Below, piece by piece: positions 1-8,518 of a stretch of DNA of 64,000 nt. Under the pieces are notes generated by a model. It did not search any database. It was not told the DNA's origin and was given only the letters and a program-made list of their open reading frames with translations. The stretch is from the sequence record OQ790161.1; one strand, 5' to 3'. Position numbers and translations under genes: made by a program. Position 1 is the first letter of the stretch. Each line of letters begins with the position of its first letter.

Positions 1-729
1 ACCAAGGGCTACCTCGGTCCGATCTACGGTGTGCTGTGGCGTCGCTGGATCGGTGCTGATGGCATCGTCTATGACCAGATCGGCACGATGCTGGCCAAGC
101 TGGGCAGCGACAACCCCAAGCTGCGCTACTCGCGCTGCAACATCGTCACCGCCTACCAGCCCTCGGTCCTGCCCGATGAAACCATCGGCGCTGAAGAGAA
201 CATCAAGATTGGTCGTCAGGCGCTGGCTGCCTGCCACACCTTCTTCCAGCTGTTCGCCGAACCGCTGACCCTGCAGGAGCGCATCGACCTGCACGCTGCT
301 CAGATCGCCGCCGGCACGGCCGTGAACACCGGCCCGACCGAGACCATGGAAGAGCATCTGGACAACCAGGGCGTTCCGCGCGATCAGCTGTCGCTGAAGC
401 TGTACCAGCGCAGTGCCGACTTCCCGGTCGGCGTGCCGTTCAACATCGCCGGCTACTCGCTGCTGCTGTTGATGTTCTGCAAGCAGCTGAACATGAAGCC
501 GGCCAAGTTCATCCACACCTTCGGCGATGCCCACATCTACGTGGACCAGGTCGAGGGCGTGAAAGAACTGCTCGCACGCGTCGAGTTCCAGGATACGGTC
601 GGCGGCGCACTGCCCACGGTCGAGATCGCCGACGGCGTGCCGTCGATGTTCGAGTACAAGCCCGAGCACTTCAAGCTGGTTGGGTACAGCCCGATCAAGC
701 CGCAGATCAAGTTCCCGGTCGCCGTCTAA
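1..729 (+). CDS. thyA: Thymidylate synthase (5'-truncated by window edge)
   Basis: Frame open from base 1 (TKGYLGPIYGVLWRRW); motifs LYQRSADFPVGVPFNIAGY and GDAHIY; C-terminal IKFPVAV. Confidence 0.95.
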   Translation, partial: TKGYLGPIYGVLWRRWIGADGIVYDQIGTMLAKLGSDNPKLRYSRCNIVTAYQPSVLPDETIGAEENIKIGRQALAACHTFFQLFAEPLTLQERIDLHAAQIAAGTAVNTGPTETMEEHLDNQGVPRDQLSLKLYQRSADFPVGVPFNIAGYSLLLLMFCKQLNMKPAKFIHTFGDAHIYVDQVEGVKELLARVEFQDTVGGALPTVEIADGVPSMFEYKPEHFKLVGYSPIKPQIKFPVAV

Positions 730-733
730 GCGG

Positions 734-770
734 CATACAGCCCCTGCCTTCGGGCAGGGGCTTTCTTTTC
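734..770 (+). terminator. Intrinsic terminator hairpin (UUCG loop) with U-tract, preceded by CATA
   Basis: agcccctgcc-ttcg-ggcaggggct followed by ttcttttc. Confidence 0.85.
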
Positions 771-777
771 CCAAGGA

Positions 778-1125
778 GTGAATGTGGATCGTCTGGAGAG
801 GTTGGAGAAAAGTAAGTGGGCCAAAAATCGCAAGTGGTTCAACGTCTGTTCCTTTGCGATGGTGTTACATGGCTGCTTGACCTTCGGTTCGGTCTTCATG
901 CTCTACGCGCTGTTCGTTCCCCGCTACGGGTTTGAACCGTGGGAACAAGTGCTCTGGACCGTCGTGGCGTTCCTTAATCTGGGACTCTGCAAGTGGGGTC
1001 AATGGAGACACGTGACCTGGGAGATCTATCTGGATGCCCATGAACGCCGGAACGGTTTGAATGCCGACTACCATGAGTTCGTGGACGACATGAAGCGTCT
1101 GGGCAAATGGCCCCGTTCCTACTGA
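778..1125 (+). CDS. Hypothetical membrane protein
   Basis: GTG start after AAGGA; two hydrophobic segments. Confidence 0.7.
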   Translation: MNVDRLERLEKSKWAKNRKWFNVCSFAMVLHGCLTFGSVFMLYALFVPRYGFEPWEQVLWTVVAFLNLGLCKWGQWRHVTWEIYLDAHERRNGLNADYHEFVDDMKRLGKWPRSY

Positions 1126-1134
1126 GGATTTGAC

Positions 1135-1308
1135 ATGGCAGACTTTCTGAAGTTCCTCACCGAAAACCCGGCCGTGGCCGACAGCCTGTTCTGGACGCTG
1201 TTCATCCTCGTCCTCGCTGCGATCATCATCCCGCTGATGATTGCTATCTTCCACCCTTCCGAAAAGAACAAGCCCCCGCGTTCGGGTGGTGGGTTCGTCG
1301 AGTTTTAA
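1135..1308 (+). CDS. Small membrane protein (57 aa, not in ORF track)
   Basis: GAGGA RBS; MADFLKFLTENPAVADSLFWTLFILVLAAIIIPLMIAIF...; fills the gap exactly. Confidence 0.65.
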   Translation: MADFLKFLTENPAVADSLFWTLFILVLAAIIIPLMIAIFHPSEKNKPPRSGGGFVEF

Positions 1309-1311
1309 ACC

Positions 1312-1755
1312 ATGTCCACTGCAATCGTCGAACCGCAGATCATCAACACCTACCTGAATCTGGATTTTGGTCTGACTACCCTTCAGATCGAATCAGACAC
1401 CGCCAACAAAGGCCGTTGGGAATTTGGCTTTGCCTTGGCCGGCACGCCGGAACCGACGCAAGAAGACTTCTATCTCTTCTTGCACTTTGCCGACAGCAAG
1501 TCGCCGGGTGTGACCACCATCACGCTGCCGTATCGTCTGCACGTAACCACCCTTGCCTGCCCGCACGGTGATTGCATTTATTTCGATGAGGAAATCCAGC
1601 TGGCACTGATGCACGCTGTGATGGCTGAAATCGACATGAAGCTGCGTCAGGTGTTCTACCGCCAAGCCGATCACCAGATCACCCATGCACGCTTGACCAA
1701 TATCGTCGGCGGTGAGTTTGCACGCACCCGCCGCGCTCGTTTCCTCCCGCGTTAA
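1312..1755 (+). CDS. Hypothetical protein
   Basis: ORF in tight operon. Confidence 0.75.
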   Translation: MSTAIVEPQIINTYLNLDFGLTTLQIESDTANKGRWEFGFALAGTPEPTQEDFYLFLHFADSKSPGVTTITLPYRLHVTTLACPHGDCIYFDEEIQLALMHAVMAEIDMKLRQVFYRQADHQITHARLTNIVGGEFARTRRARFLPR

Positions 1756-1771
1756 ATAAGGAACATACTCC

Positions 1772-2347
1772 ATGTGGTTTATGCCCAGCGATATGGAAAA
1801 ATCCGCCGATCTACAAGCACTCGATCGCGTCCTCCCGTTGTTGAAGGAACACACCTCACTTTACAACATCATCGCTTCGGTGGAGTACTACCGTGGCCAG
1901 ATCGTAGCCAAGGACGCACACGTCCAGACCTTCGAGTCTCTCGAAGATGCCACCGATCGGTTGTTCTGGTTCCGTAGCCTGCGTACGTTCTTCTTCAACT
2001 TTGGACACGGCGCCGGCACGACCATGCTTGCCCAACTGTTGGCGCACGAGAAGATGATCGTGTTCGTCCATACCGGTCCGACGAATGGACTGGCCGAATA
2101 CCGTGGCAACGGTGTGGCGCCGCCGAGCTTGCCGGCAGTGGCCTATGACGGCATTCGTGCCGCCACGGTGGTGACTGATCCTGTCAGCTTTATCGAGAAG
2201 CTCCAGTCCGGACAGTTTGAGAGTGCCATGATCTACGGCAGCCGCTCACTGCTGGACCTCGACCCCGATACCGATCCGAGTGAATTCCTCGATCTGATCG
2301 CCACCAACCTGCACGGCAACCTGCCGGCAATTCACGTGCTCCTCTAA
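1772..2347 (+). CDS. Hypothetical protein
   Basis: AAGGA RBS, tight spacing. Confidence 0.75.
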   Translation: MWFMPSDMEKSADLQALDRVLPLLKEHTSLYNIIASVEYYRGQIVAKDAHVQTFESLEDATDRLFWFRSLRTFFFNFGHGAGTTMLAQLLAHEKMIVFVHTGPTNGLAEYRGNGVAPPSLPAVAYDGIRAATVVTDPVSFIEKLQSGQFESAMIYGSRSLLDLDPDTDPSEFLDLIATNLHGNLPAIHVLL

Positions 2348-2357
2348 AAGACCCACC

Positions 2358-3203
2358 ATGACCACCGCCAATACCGCCAAAATCCTCAAGCTGCTCGCCG
2401 GCACGAACATCGCCAATCGTTACCGCGTGCATCTGAACCTGTACACCACCACCGAGCACTACGCCAAGCTGGCCTACCACAACATCGACCACGTGCGCTC
2501 GGTGCTGAACCTGTTCGAAGTCCTGCGCAAGCTGTCCGGCCAGCACTTCAGCAAGGACCAGCTCAAGGCCGCCGAACTGGCGCTGGCGTTCCATGACATC
2601 GACCACACCGGTTATCCGGACACGGCCGAAGATGAGAACGGCCTGACCAATACCCTGCGGGCGATCAAGTACGTCACCGACTGGGCCCTGCGCAACAAGA
2701 TCCCGCATGTCGTGATGGTCACGGCGCTGGACCTGATCGACGCTTCGGCCTACCCGCACGAGAAGGTGCCGTCCAAGCGCTACGGTTCGGAAGTGAATCA
2801 GGCCCTGCTGGACCTGACCCGCGACGCCGACATCCTCTGGGGCATGATGCCCGGCAACGCAGCGCACTGCATGCTCGGCCTGTGGGCAGAGTCGCACAAC
2901 GTCGGTCGCACCACCGGTGCGGTGGACATTGGCAACATCCTGACCAACCAGCTGCTGTTCCTGCGCAACTACGTCCCGCACTCCGGCGCCGGCCGTACGT
3001 TCAAGAACGCCATGGCCGATCTGGCCGGTGAAGCCTTCGCCAATGCTGCGATCCACTACCAGCGTCAGCTGATCGCTGCCGATGCCATGATGGAGATGTC
3101 CGACGATGAAGTCCTGCGGTTGCAGGATGCCATCAAGCGCGGCGTGAACATCAACGCCGAGCTGCTCAAGAACACGACCGACGTCACTCCGGCCTCGGCG
3201 TAA
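2358..3203 (+). CDS. HD-domain phosphohydrolase
   Basis: YHNIDH...AFHDIDHTG...RDAD motif order typical of HD/HDc enzymes. Confidence 0.8.
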   Translation: MTTANTAKILKLLAGTNIANRYRVHLNLYTTTEHYAKLAYHNIDHVRSVLNLFEVLRKLSGQHFSKDQLKAAELALAFHDIDHTGYPDTAEDENGLTNTLRAIKYVTDWALRNKIPHVVMVTALDLIDASAYPHEKVPSKRYGSEVNQALLDLTRDADILWGMMPGNAAHCMLGLWAESHNVGRTTGAVDIGNILTNQLLFLRNYVPHSGAGRTFKNAMADLAGEAFANAAIHYQRQLIAADAMMEMSDDEVLRLQDAIKRGVNINAELLKNTTDVTPASA

Positions 3204-3221
3204 CTACCGCGAGGAACCACC

Positions 3222-3464
3222 ATGTGTGACTGCCGTAAAGAACGCGATCCGCTCAAGGAAGCATGGCTTATCATCCTGTGCAGTTTCATCGGGTTTCCGA
3301 TGTTCTTCATCGGTCTGGTCTTACTGGCTACGGGTGCTGCCTCCGGACTGTTTCCGATGACGTTCATCGGTGGTGTCCTGATGGGAATCGGTGGTGCGCT
3401 GCTGTGGTGGTTCTTCATGCTGTGCGGGTATCCATTCGCCAACGGCGGAATAGCACGCTGGTAA
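3222..3464 (+). CDS. Hypothetical membrane protein
   Basis: GAGGA RBS; two TM segments. Confidence 0.7.
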   Translation: MCDCRKERDPLKEAWLIILCSFIGFPMFFIGLVLLATGAASGLFPMTFIGGVLMGIGGALLWWFFMLCGYPFANGGIARW

Positions 3465-3523
3465 CAAACAAACGGGACGGTCTTCGGGCCGTCCCATTTA
3501 TTCCATCGACCAAGGTAACAAAC

Positions 3524-4021
3524 ATGAAGTCCAATCCGTTCTCTTTCAGCTGGCGTGCGTTCGTGACCGCACTGACCGTGTTCGCAGTGATCATCCTGGC
3601 CACCCAGTCGCCTTCGGCGTATGCCAACGACAAGGTGATCGGTGAAGTCACCACCGGCACCCAGATCCTCGGCCCCAACCACACCGTGGGTGTGATCCGC
3701 TTCCAGGATCCCAAGATCCCCAACGCATGGTGCTATCTGGCCCGTGCCCAGACCGGCGGCTTTGCAGCCAACTTCGGTATGGCCGAGGATCCTTCCGAGT
3801 TCACCATCGACTGTTTCTCCAAGGGCGTACTGAAACTGCCCGCAGGCCTGCCGGCCAAGGAAGAAGTCTCGCGCACCAGCCGTTCGGCGGTGTTCAAGGA
3901 AATGATCGTCCAGCGCTTCGTGGATGCCGAAGCACAGCGTGTGGTGTATCTGGTCTACACCCGCCGCCTGTGGGACGGTTCGCCGAAGAATGCGATGTCC
4001 TCGATCCCCTACGAGCCCTGA
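3524..4021 (+). CDS. creA: CreA-family exported protein
   Basis: Signal peptide then IGEV..., FQDP..., CYLARAQTGG, AEDPSEFTIDC, LVYTRRLWDGSPKNAMS; collinear with E. coli CreA motifs (CYVSRAKTGG, GSPKNAIS). Confidence 0.88.
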   Translation: MKSNPFSFSWRAFVTALTVFAVIILATQSPSAYANDKVIGEVTTGTQILGPNHTVGVIRFQDPKIPNAWCYLARAQTGGFAANFGMAEDPSEFTIDCFSKGVLKLPAGLPAKEEVSRTSRSAVFKEMIVQRFVDAEAQRVVYLVYTRRLWDGSPKNAMSSIPYEP

Positions 4022-4023
4022 TC

Positions 4024-4425
4024 ATGGCCAAGTCTCAGTACCTGCACGCCGGGCACAATCCCAATCCACTCCTGCCGCCCATGAAGTACCGGCAGATGGG
4101 TTACTCGCACTGGGTGGAGCGCATCGACTACGACGGCCGCTCCTGCGGTCTAGAGGTCTACCAGTGGCAGGCCCACGCTGGGAAGTGGTGTCGTCCCAAT
4201 GAGTACGCCAGTGGCCGGGATCTGGACTTGGTGAACTACCGTTGGGTGGCCCTGTGTCCTAACCCGCCTTTCAAAGAAGAAGTCGAGGAAGTCCAGCAGA
4301 TCATCCAGCGCCTGCGCCTGTCGTTTGCTGAAGACACCCCCGACACCCCCGGTCTGTTGACCCGTGAGGAGTTCGACAAGATCTCCTTGATGTTCGCCGA
4401 GAATATCGTCCCCAGGAGTACGTGA
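4024..4425 (+). CDS. Hypothetical protein
   Basis: ATG 2 nt after creA stop. Confidence 0.7.
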   Translation: MAKSQYLHAGHNPNPLLPPMKYRQMGYSHWVERIDYDGRSCGLEVYQWQAHAGKWCRPNEYASGRDLDLVNYRWVALCPNPPFKEEVEEVQQIIQRLRLSFAEDTPDTPGLLTREEFDKISLMFAENIVPRST

Positions 4426-4661
4426 TGTGCAGTCGTTACGGTAAGTGCAGTAAGTACGTGGAACACACCTCGTACATGTTGATCACCTGCATGGTGTTGC
4501 TGATCTCTTCGCTGGGTTTCTTCTTGCGGATGGGCATGGTGTTGTTCGACGCCGGCTTGAATGCTGCGGCGTTGCCACAGCTTTGGCCGCTGCTCGCAGG
4601 TGCGAGTATCACCGGTCTGCTCGGCGTGTTGTTTGCCTTTGCAACGGTCAAGCGCTTGTAA
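4425..4661 (+). CDS. Hypothetical membrane protein
   Basis: Overlapping TGATG junction, AGGAG RBS; two TM segments. Confidence 0.65.
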   Translation: MCSRYGKCSKYVEHTSYMLITCMVLLISSLGFFLRMGMVLFDAGLNAAALPQLWPLLAGASITGLLGVLFAFATVKRL

Positions 4662-4687
4662 ATTTTCACATGGTTGTATAGCTCTAT

Positions 4688-4840
4688 GTACCAGACCGCC
4701 CTAGGCCTACTCCCGAACCTGGTTGGGTAAAACCGACCCAGACCGCGAGCACCACGTGGCGAAGCTTACGTCCTGGTTGCACTAGCCACGGCAGGATGCA
4801 CAGACACGGTCAGTACGGACTGGCCACGGCGGTCTGGTAC
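4688..4840 (+). ncRNA. Candidate structured ncRNA A (~153 nt)
   Basis: Perfect 13-bp terminal stem gtaccagaccgcc/ggcggtctggtac enclosing several hairpins; intergenic. Confidence 0.55.
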
Positions 4841-4859
4841 ACTTATTTGGGAGGATACG

Positions 4860-5081
4860 ATGAGCGACACCGAAGTGCGAGTCTCATTGGAGGATTCGCA
4901 GGACTTGATGGAGAAAGCAGAAGCGGCCCACGCTGCACTGCGAGCTCTGGCATCGGCCGATCGTCGTATCGTCCACACCGTCAGCGAAGACCCGCGCTTG
5001 ACCAAGTCGCTGGGTGAGCTGGAACTTTATCGGGCACGTCTTGAAGCGCGCCATGCACGTATCAAGATCCTCGGAAGGTAA
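4860..5081 (+). CDS. Hypothetical protein (coiled-coil-like)
   Basis: GGAGG RBS. Confidence 0.75.
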   Translation: MSDTEVRVSLEDSQDLMEKAEAAHAALRALASADRRIVHTVSEDPRLTKSLGELELYRARLEARHARIKILGR

Positions 5082-5083
5082 GT

Positions 5084-5332
5084 ATGAAGAGTTGGCGCAT
5101 TGTACAGTTCTGCGTTCAACTTGGACGCTTCACCCGTGCCTTGTGGAACGGTAAGCTGGTGATGAACGAACGCGGGGAAATCCACGCAGTCAACGTCACC
5201 GTTGGAGAGATCGCATCGTCTTCGGGCAACATCTCCCATCTGCCCATCCGCAAGTTCAAGCTCAAGGGCGGCAAACGATCACCGGAAGTGGCGGAATTGG
5301 TAGTCGCAGCAGATTCAAAATCTGCCGGGTAA
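5084..5332 (+). CDS. Hypothetical protein; 3' end overlaps tRNA-Leu
   Basis: AAGG RBS, 2 nt after upstream stop. Confidence 0.5.
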   Translation: MKSWRIVQFCVQLGRFTRALWNGKLVMNERGEIHAVNVTVGEIASSSGNISHLPIRKFKLKGGKRSPEVAELVVAADSKSAG

Positions 5333-5366
5333 CACCGTGAGGGTTCGAGTCCCTCTTTCCGGACCA
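5282..5366 (+). tRNA. tRNA-Leu(CAA)
   Basis: ccggaag/tttccgg acceptor, gcaga-tt-CAA-aa-tctgc, long variable arm, T-arm, CCA. Confidence 0.95.
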
Positions 5367-5465
5367 AACCCAAAGTGGGGCTAGAAGATCCGTGCAAGTC
5401 GGAGTGCCCTATTTGGTCACCCTCGCCCCTGGGAATCTGGGGTACCAAATAACAAAGGACTTCGA

Positions 5466-6017
5466 GTGGGTATTGAAATCGAACGGAAGTTCTTAGTGGA
5501 CGTGACGAGGCTCAGCTCGTCCCTCAACGCAACAAAGCCCGACTCCGTCAAGCGACTGAGCCAGTGGTACTTCAGCAGTCCGGAAACTCTGGAAGGTGGT
5601 CAGAAGGCGTCCGTCCGTGTCCGTACTGAACGACAGATCACCCTCTGGTCGATGGAGCGTCGTGAAGCTCTTGGCTTTGTCGATGATTACGAGAGCTGGT
5701 TGAACATCAAGTCCGTCGGTACCGGTCACACGCGCCAAGAGTACGAATATTCCATCCCCAACGAAGACGCCGACCTGATGCAGGCTTTGGCCGTGGGGGC
5801 GATCGTCACCAAAGATCGCGTGGTCATCAAACAAGGCGACCTGAAATGGGAGATCGATTTCTTCCTCGGTGAGAACAAAGGTCTGGCGGTGGCGGAGATT
5901 GAATTGCCCTGTCCGGACTATCCGTTTGAGAAGCCTGATTGGATTCTCAAAGAAGTTACCGATGATCTGCGTTACACCAACGTGGCATTGTCCTCCACAC
6001 CCTTCCAGAGTTGGTAA
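5466..6017 (+). CDS. CYTH-domain (triphosphate tunnel) enzyme
   Basis: N-terminal EIERKFL (ExExK), RxR, EYEY, WEIDFF, AEIEL, YTN motifs. Confidence 0.9.
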   Translation: MGIEIERKFLVDVTRLSSSLNATKPDSVKRLSQWYFSSPETLEGGQKASVRVRTERQITLWSMERREALGFVDDYESWLNIKSVGTGHTRQEYEYSIPNEDADLMQALAVGAIVTKDRVVIKQGDLKWEIDFFLGENKGLAVAEIELPCPDYPFEKPDWILKEVTDDLRYTNVALSSTPFQSW

Positions 6018-6028
6018 TGCTCCATTGC

Positions 6029-6189
6029 GTTAAGATGTAAGGCGGAAAGCTTGGCGGTCCTAAAAACGGGGAACATGTGGCCCCATCCGAGACTGTTAGG
6101 TTCACAAGGGGTGTCGCACTGCCCACTGACGAGTGGGATTACGGTGCGCGAAACAGACAGTGGTCAGGCTCTCCTCCTTACATCTTAAC
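6029..6189 (+). ncRNA. Candidate structured ncRNA B (~161 nt)
   Basis: Perfect 14-bp terminal stem gttaagatgtaagg/ccttacatcttaac with internal hairpins. Confidence 0.55.
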
Positions 6190-6210
6190 CAACCGAGTAT
6201 GTAGTCCCCC

Positions 6211-6510
6211 ATGAACAATACCATTCGAAAGATCCGCACGATTTCCACGGAAGGAATGGTACAGCAGGACATTGAAGTCCCCGAGGACAAGGGCCTCTAC
6301 GGCGAGCACATCATGGCCAAGGTTGTTGAGCTCTTCGAAGCCCAACCTGACGCCAAGGCCGTGCTGGTCGGCATCGATGTGAGTGGGTTCCGCTCGCGTC
6401 GTGAAGAAGGGGAGACTTTCAGCGCATTCATCGCCGCCGGCTTCGGCTGGAGTCTGGTGGGCTGGAATCCGAAGTCAGCATTCAGCGGCGTCCTTGTGAC
6501 CCGCAAGTAA
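6211..6510 (+). CDS. Hypothetical protein
   Basis: ORF with phage-typical codon usage. Confidence 0.7.
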   Translation: MNNTIRKIRTISTEGMVQQDIEVPEDKGLYGEHIMAKVVELFEAQPDAKAVLVGIDVSGFRSRREEGETFSAFIAAGFGWSLVGWNPKSAFSGVLVTRK

Positions 6511-6564
6511 CATCTCCATCCTAGACCGTTGGTTTTGGAGAGGACCGAGAAGTTCAAGTTCGTT

Positions 6565-6704
6565 CGATGAGTGGTGGAATTGGTATACGCGTGGCCGACC
6601 CCTTAATGGGGAAAAGTTGCAGCCAGAGGGGGAACTACGCTCTCTGGTGCCTGGCAGTGGGTGCGGCCTTAGGCCATCTGCGGGTTCGACTCCCGCCTCA
6701 GAAA
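6565..6704 (+). ncRNA. tRNA-Leu-like RNA with ~75-nt insert in anticodon arm; weak acceptor stem, no CCA
   Basis: Leu-type D-arm gtg-gaattggtata-cgc, tggcc/ggcca stem, T-arm gcggg-ttcgact-cccgc. Confidence 0.6.
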
Positions 6705-6856
6705 GCACTGTCCGAACGAATGAACTTGAATGAAGTGTCTAGGCCCGGAGTTGTTGAACCAGAGAGAGCTAAGGGTGCAGGCTCTGGGGATCGTGACTAT
6801 TGTAAGCCTGGTACGTCGCTAGTCACCGACGTCGTGGAAACCCGTCACAAGCAATA

Positions 6857-6885
6857 CCCCCCACCCTTCGGGGTGGGGGCTTATG
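6857..6885. terminator. UUCG hairpin followed by TATG
   Basis: ccccccaccc-ttcg-gggtggggg-c-ttatg. Confidence 0.7.
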
Positions 6886-6938
6886 CTGTCAATTTCCACA
6901 TAGAGGTCACAGACTGTGAACCTTTTCGAGACACCAAC

Positions 6939-7226
6939 ATGACTCTGTGGCAAACCATCCTCGTAATCGTTTATATGGGAGGCGCGTGGTCCTGTTTCAC
7001 ACAGGGCATGGAGCGCAACGCCGATGTAAAGTCCAAGCTGATCATGGGCTACCCTGTCCACCCCATGACCATGTCTTTCCACAAGTTGTTCTACGCCAAC
7101 ATGGTGCAGATCATCATAACGGCAGTGCTGTGGCCGATCACCATGATCATCGGCATTGGCCTGCTGTTGTACAACCTCCACAAGTTCAAACGCGAGTTCA
7201 ACGTCCGCCGCGGTCAGCGCAAGTAA
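6939..7226 (+). CDS. Hypothetical membrane protein
   Basis: ATG at 6939 chosen because the upstream part of the track ORF runs through RNA elements and a terminator; two TM segments. Confidence 0.7.
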   Translation: MTLWQTILVIVYMGGAWSCFTQGMERNADVKSKLIMGYPVHPMTMSFHKLFYANMVQIIITAVLWPITMIIGIGLLLYNLHKFKREFNVRRGQRK

Positions 7227-7340
7227 CCCGCAGGACTGAGTTAGTTTTTACCGAGCTGGCTGACACTGTGTAGGTAGCAGCCTGCTTTCTACAACTAGGG
7301 GATAGACCCCTTTCTCCACCCACCATAGATAGGAATTATC

Positions 7341-8426
7341 ATGGACACGCAACACGATTACTCGGTTTTCATTGGACGCTTCGAACCTTTCCACAACGGC
7401 CACCTGGCCGTGGCTCGCAAGGCACTGGAGATGGGCAAGAAGCTGATCGTCATCATCGGTACCGCCAACCGCCCGCGCACGATCAAGAACCCCTGGGTTG
7501 TTGAAGAACGCGCGGTCATGATCCGTTCGGCCTTGGCCGAATACGGTGATCGGGTCATCATCGGACAGGTGCGTGATCACCTGTACAACGAAGACCTGTG
7601 GCTTGCTGATGTGCAGCGCGTGGTGCGCGACGCGGTGGCTTTCGACACGGAAGCATCCGAAAAGCCCATCATTCGCATGATCGGTCAGTCCAAGGACGAC
7701 TCGAGTTACTACCTCAAGAAGTTCCCGCAATGGCCGGTGGTCGATGTGCAGCACACCACTGTACTCTCGGCGACGGATCTGCGCCGGTACCTCTTCGAGG
7801 CCCGCAAGGTGGAGACCCATGGTGGCATGATGTATATCCGTGCCAACGTCCCGGCGTCCACCTACGCCATGATCGATGCTTTCCGTCACAGCTCGCCGGA
7901 CTACGACCAGCTGTTGCGTGAGTACGATTTCATCAAGGACTACAAGGCTGGCTGGGCTGGTTCTCCGTACGATGTGTCCTTCAACACGGCCGACTCTGTC
8001 GTGACGTGCGCCGGCCACATCCTGTTGATCAAGCGCAAGCCTGAACCCGGTAAGGGCCTGTGGGCACTACCCGGTGGTTTCATCAAGCCGCACCAGACGG
8101 CGCTGCAAGCGTCCCTGGCCGAGCTGCGTGAAGAAACCCGCCTGAAGGTTCCTGAAAAGGTGATCCTCGGTTCGCTGCGCAATCAGCGTCTGTACGATCA
8201 TCCCGAACGCAGTCTGCGCGGCCGGACGTTTACCCAAACGTTCCACTACGCACTCGACTTTGATGAACGACCCAAGGTCCGTGGTGGCGATGACGCCAAA
8301 GAAGCAAGGTGGTTCCTCTTCAGCGAAGCCCTGGAAATGGGTGCGCGCCTGTTCGAGGACCACTTGGACATCTTCGAGAACGAGCTGGGCATGCATGCTC
8401 CGCCGCTTCCCTCGCTGGTGATCTAA
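7341..8426 (+). CDS. nadM: Bifunctional NMN adenylyltransferase / Nudix (ADP-ribose) hydrolase
   Basis: FIGRFEPFHNGH (HxGH), LSATDLR, Nudix box GGF-x-ELREET, FEDH C-terminus. Confidence 0.93.
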   Translation: MDTQHDYSVFIGRFEPFHNGHLAVARKALEMGKKLIVIIGTANRPRTIKNPWVVEERAVMIRSALAEYGDRVIIGQVRDHLYNEDLWLADVQRVVRDAVAFDTEASEKPIIRMIGQSKDDSSYYLKKFPQWPVVDVQHTTVLSATDLRRYLFEARKVETHGGMMYIRANVPASTYAMIDAFRHSSPDYDQLLREYDFIKDYKAGWAGSPYDVSFNTADSVVTCAGHILLIKRKPEPGKGLWALPGGFIKPHQTALQASLAELREETRLKVPEKVILGSLRNQRLYDHPERSLRGRTFTQTFHYALDFDERPKVRGGDDAKEARWFLFSEALEMGARLFEDHLDIFENELGMHAPPLPSLVI

Positions 8427-8518
8427 ATAACACCGTTCCAAAACCCACCGCAACATCACGTGAAACAGCCGGAAGGGTAGACCTCCGGTTCACACCCGAC
8501 ATGAAGGAACTTCAGTCA

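Noticed and set aside
6111-6160. Hammerhead ribozyme (CTGACGA...GAAAC) in element B
   Set aside because: Stem I cannot form, stem II is only 2-3 bp, and the core is buried in a perfect cccact/agtggg hairpin
6567-6938. N-terminal part of the 219-aa track ORF
   Set aside because: It runs through a tRNA-like RNA and a terminator; the real gene likely starts at 6939
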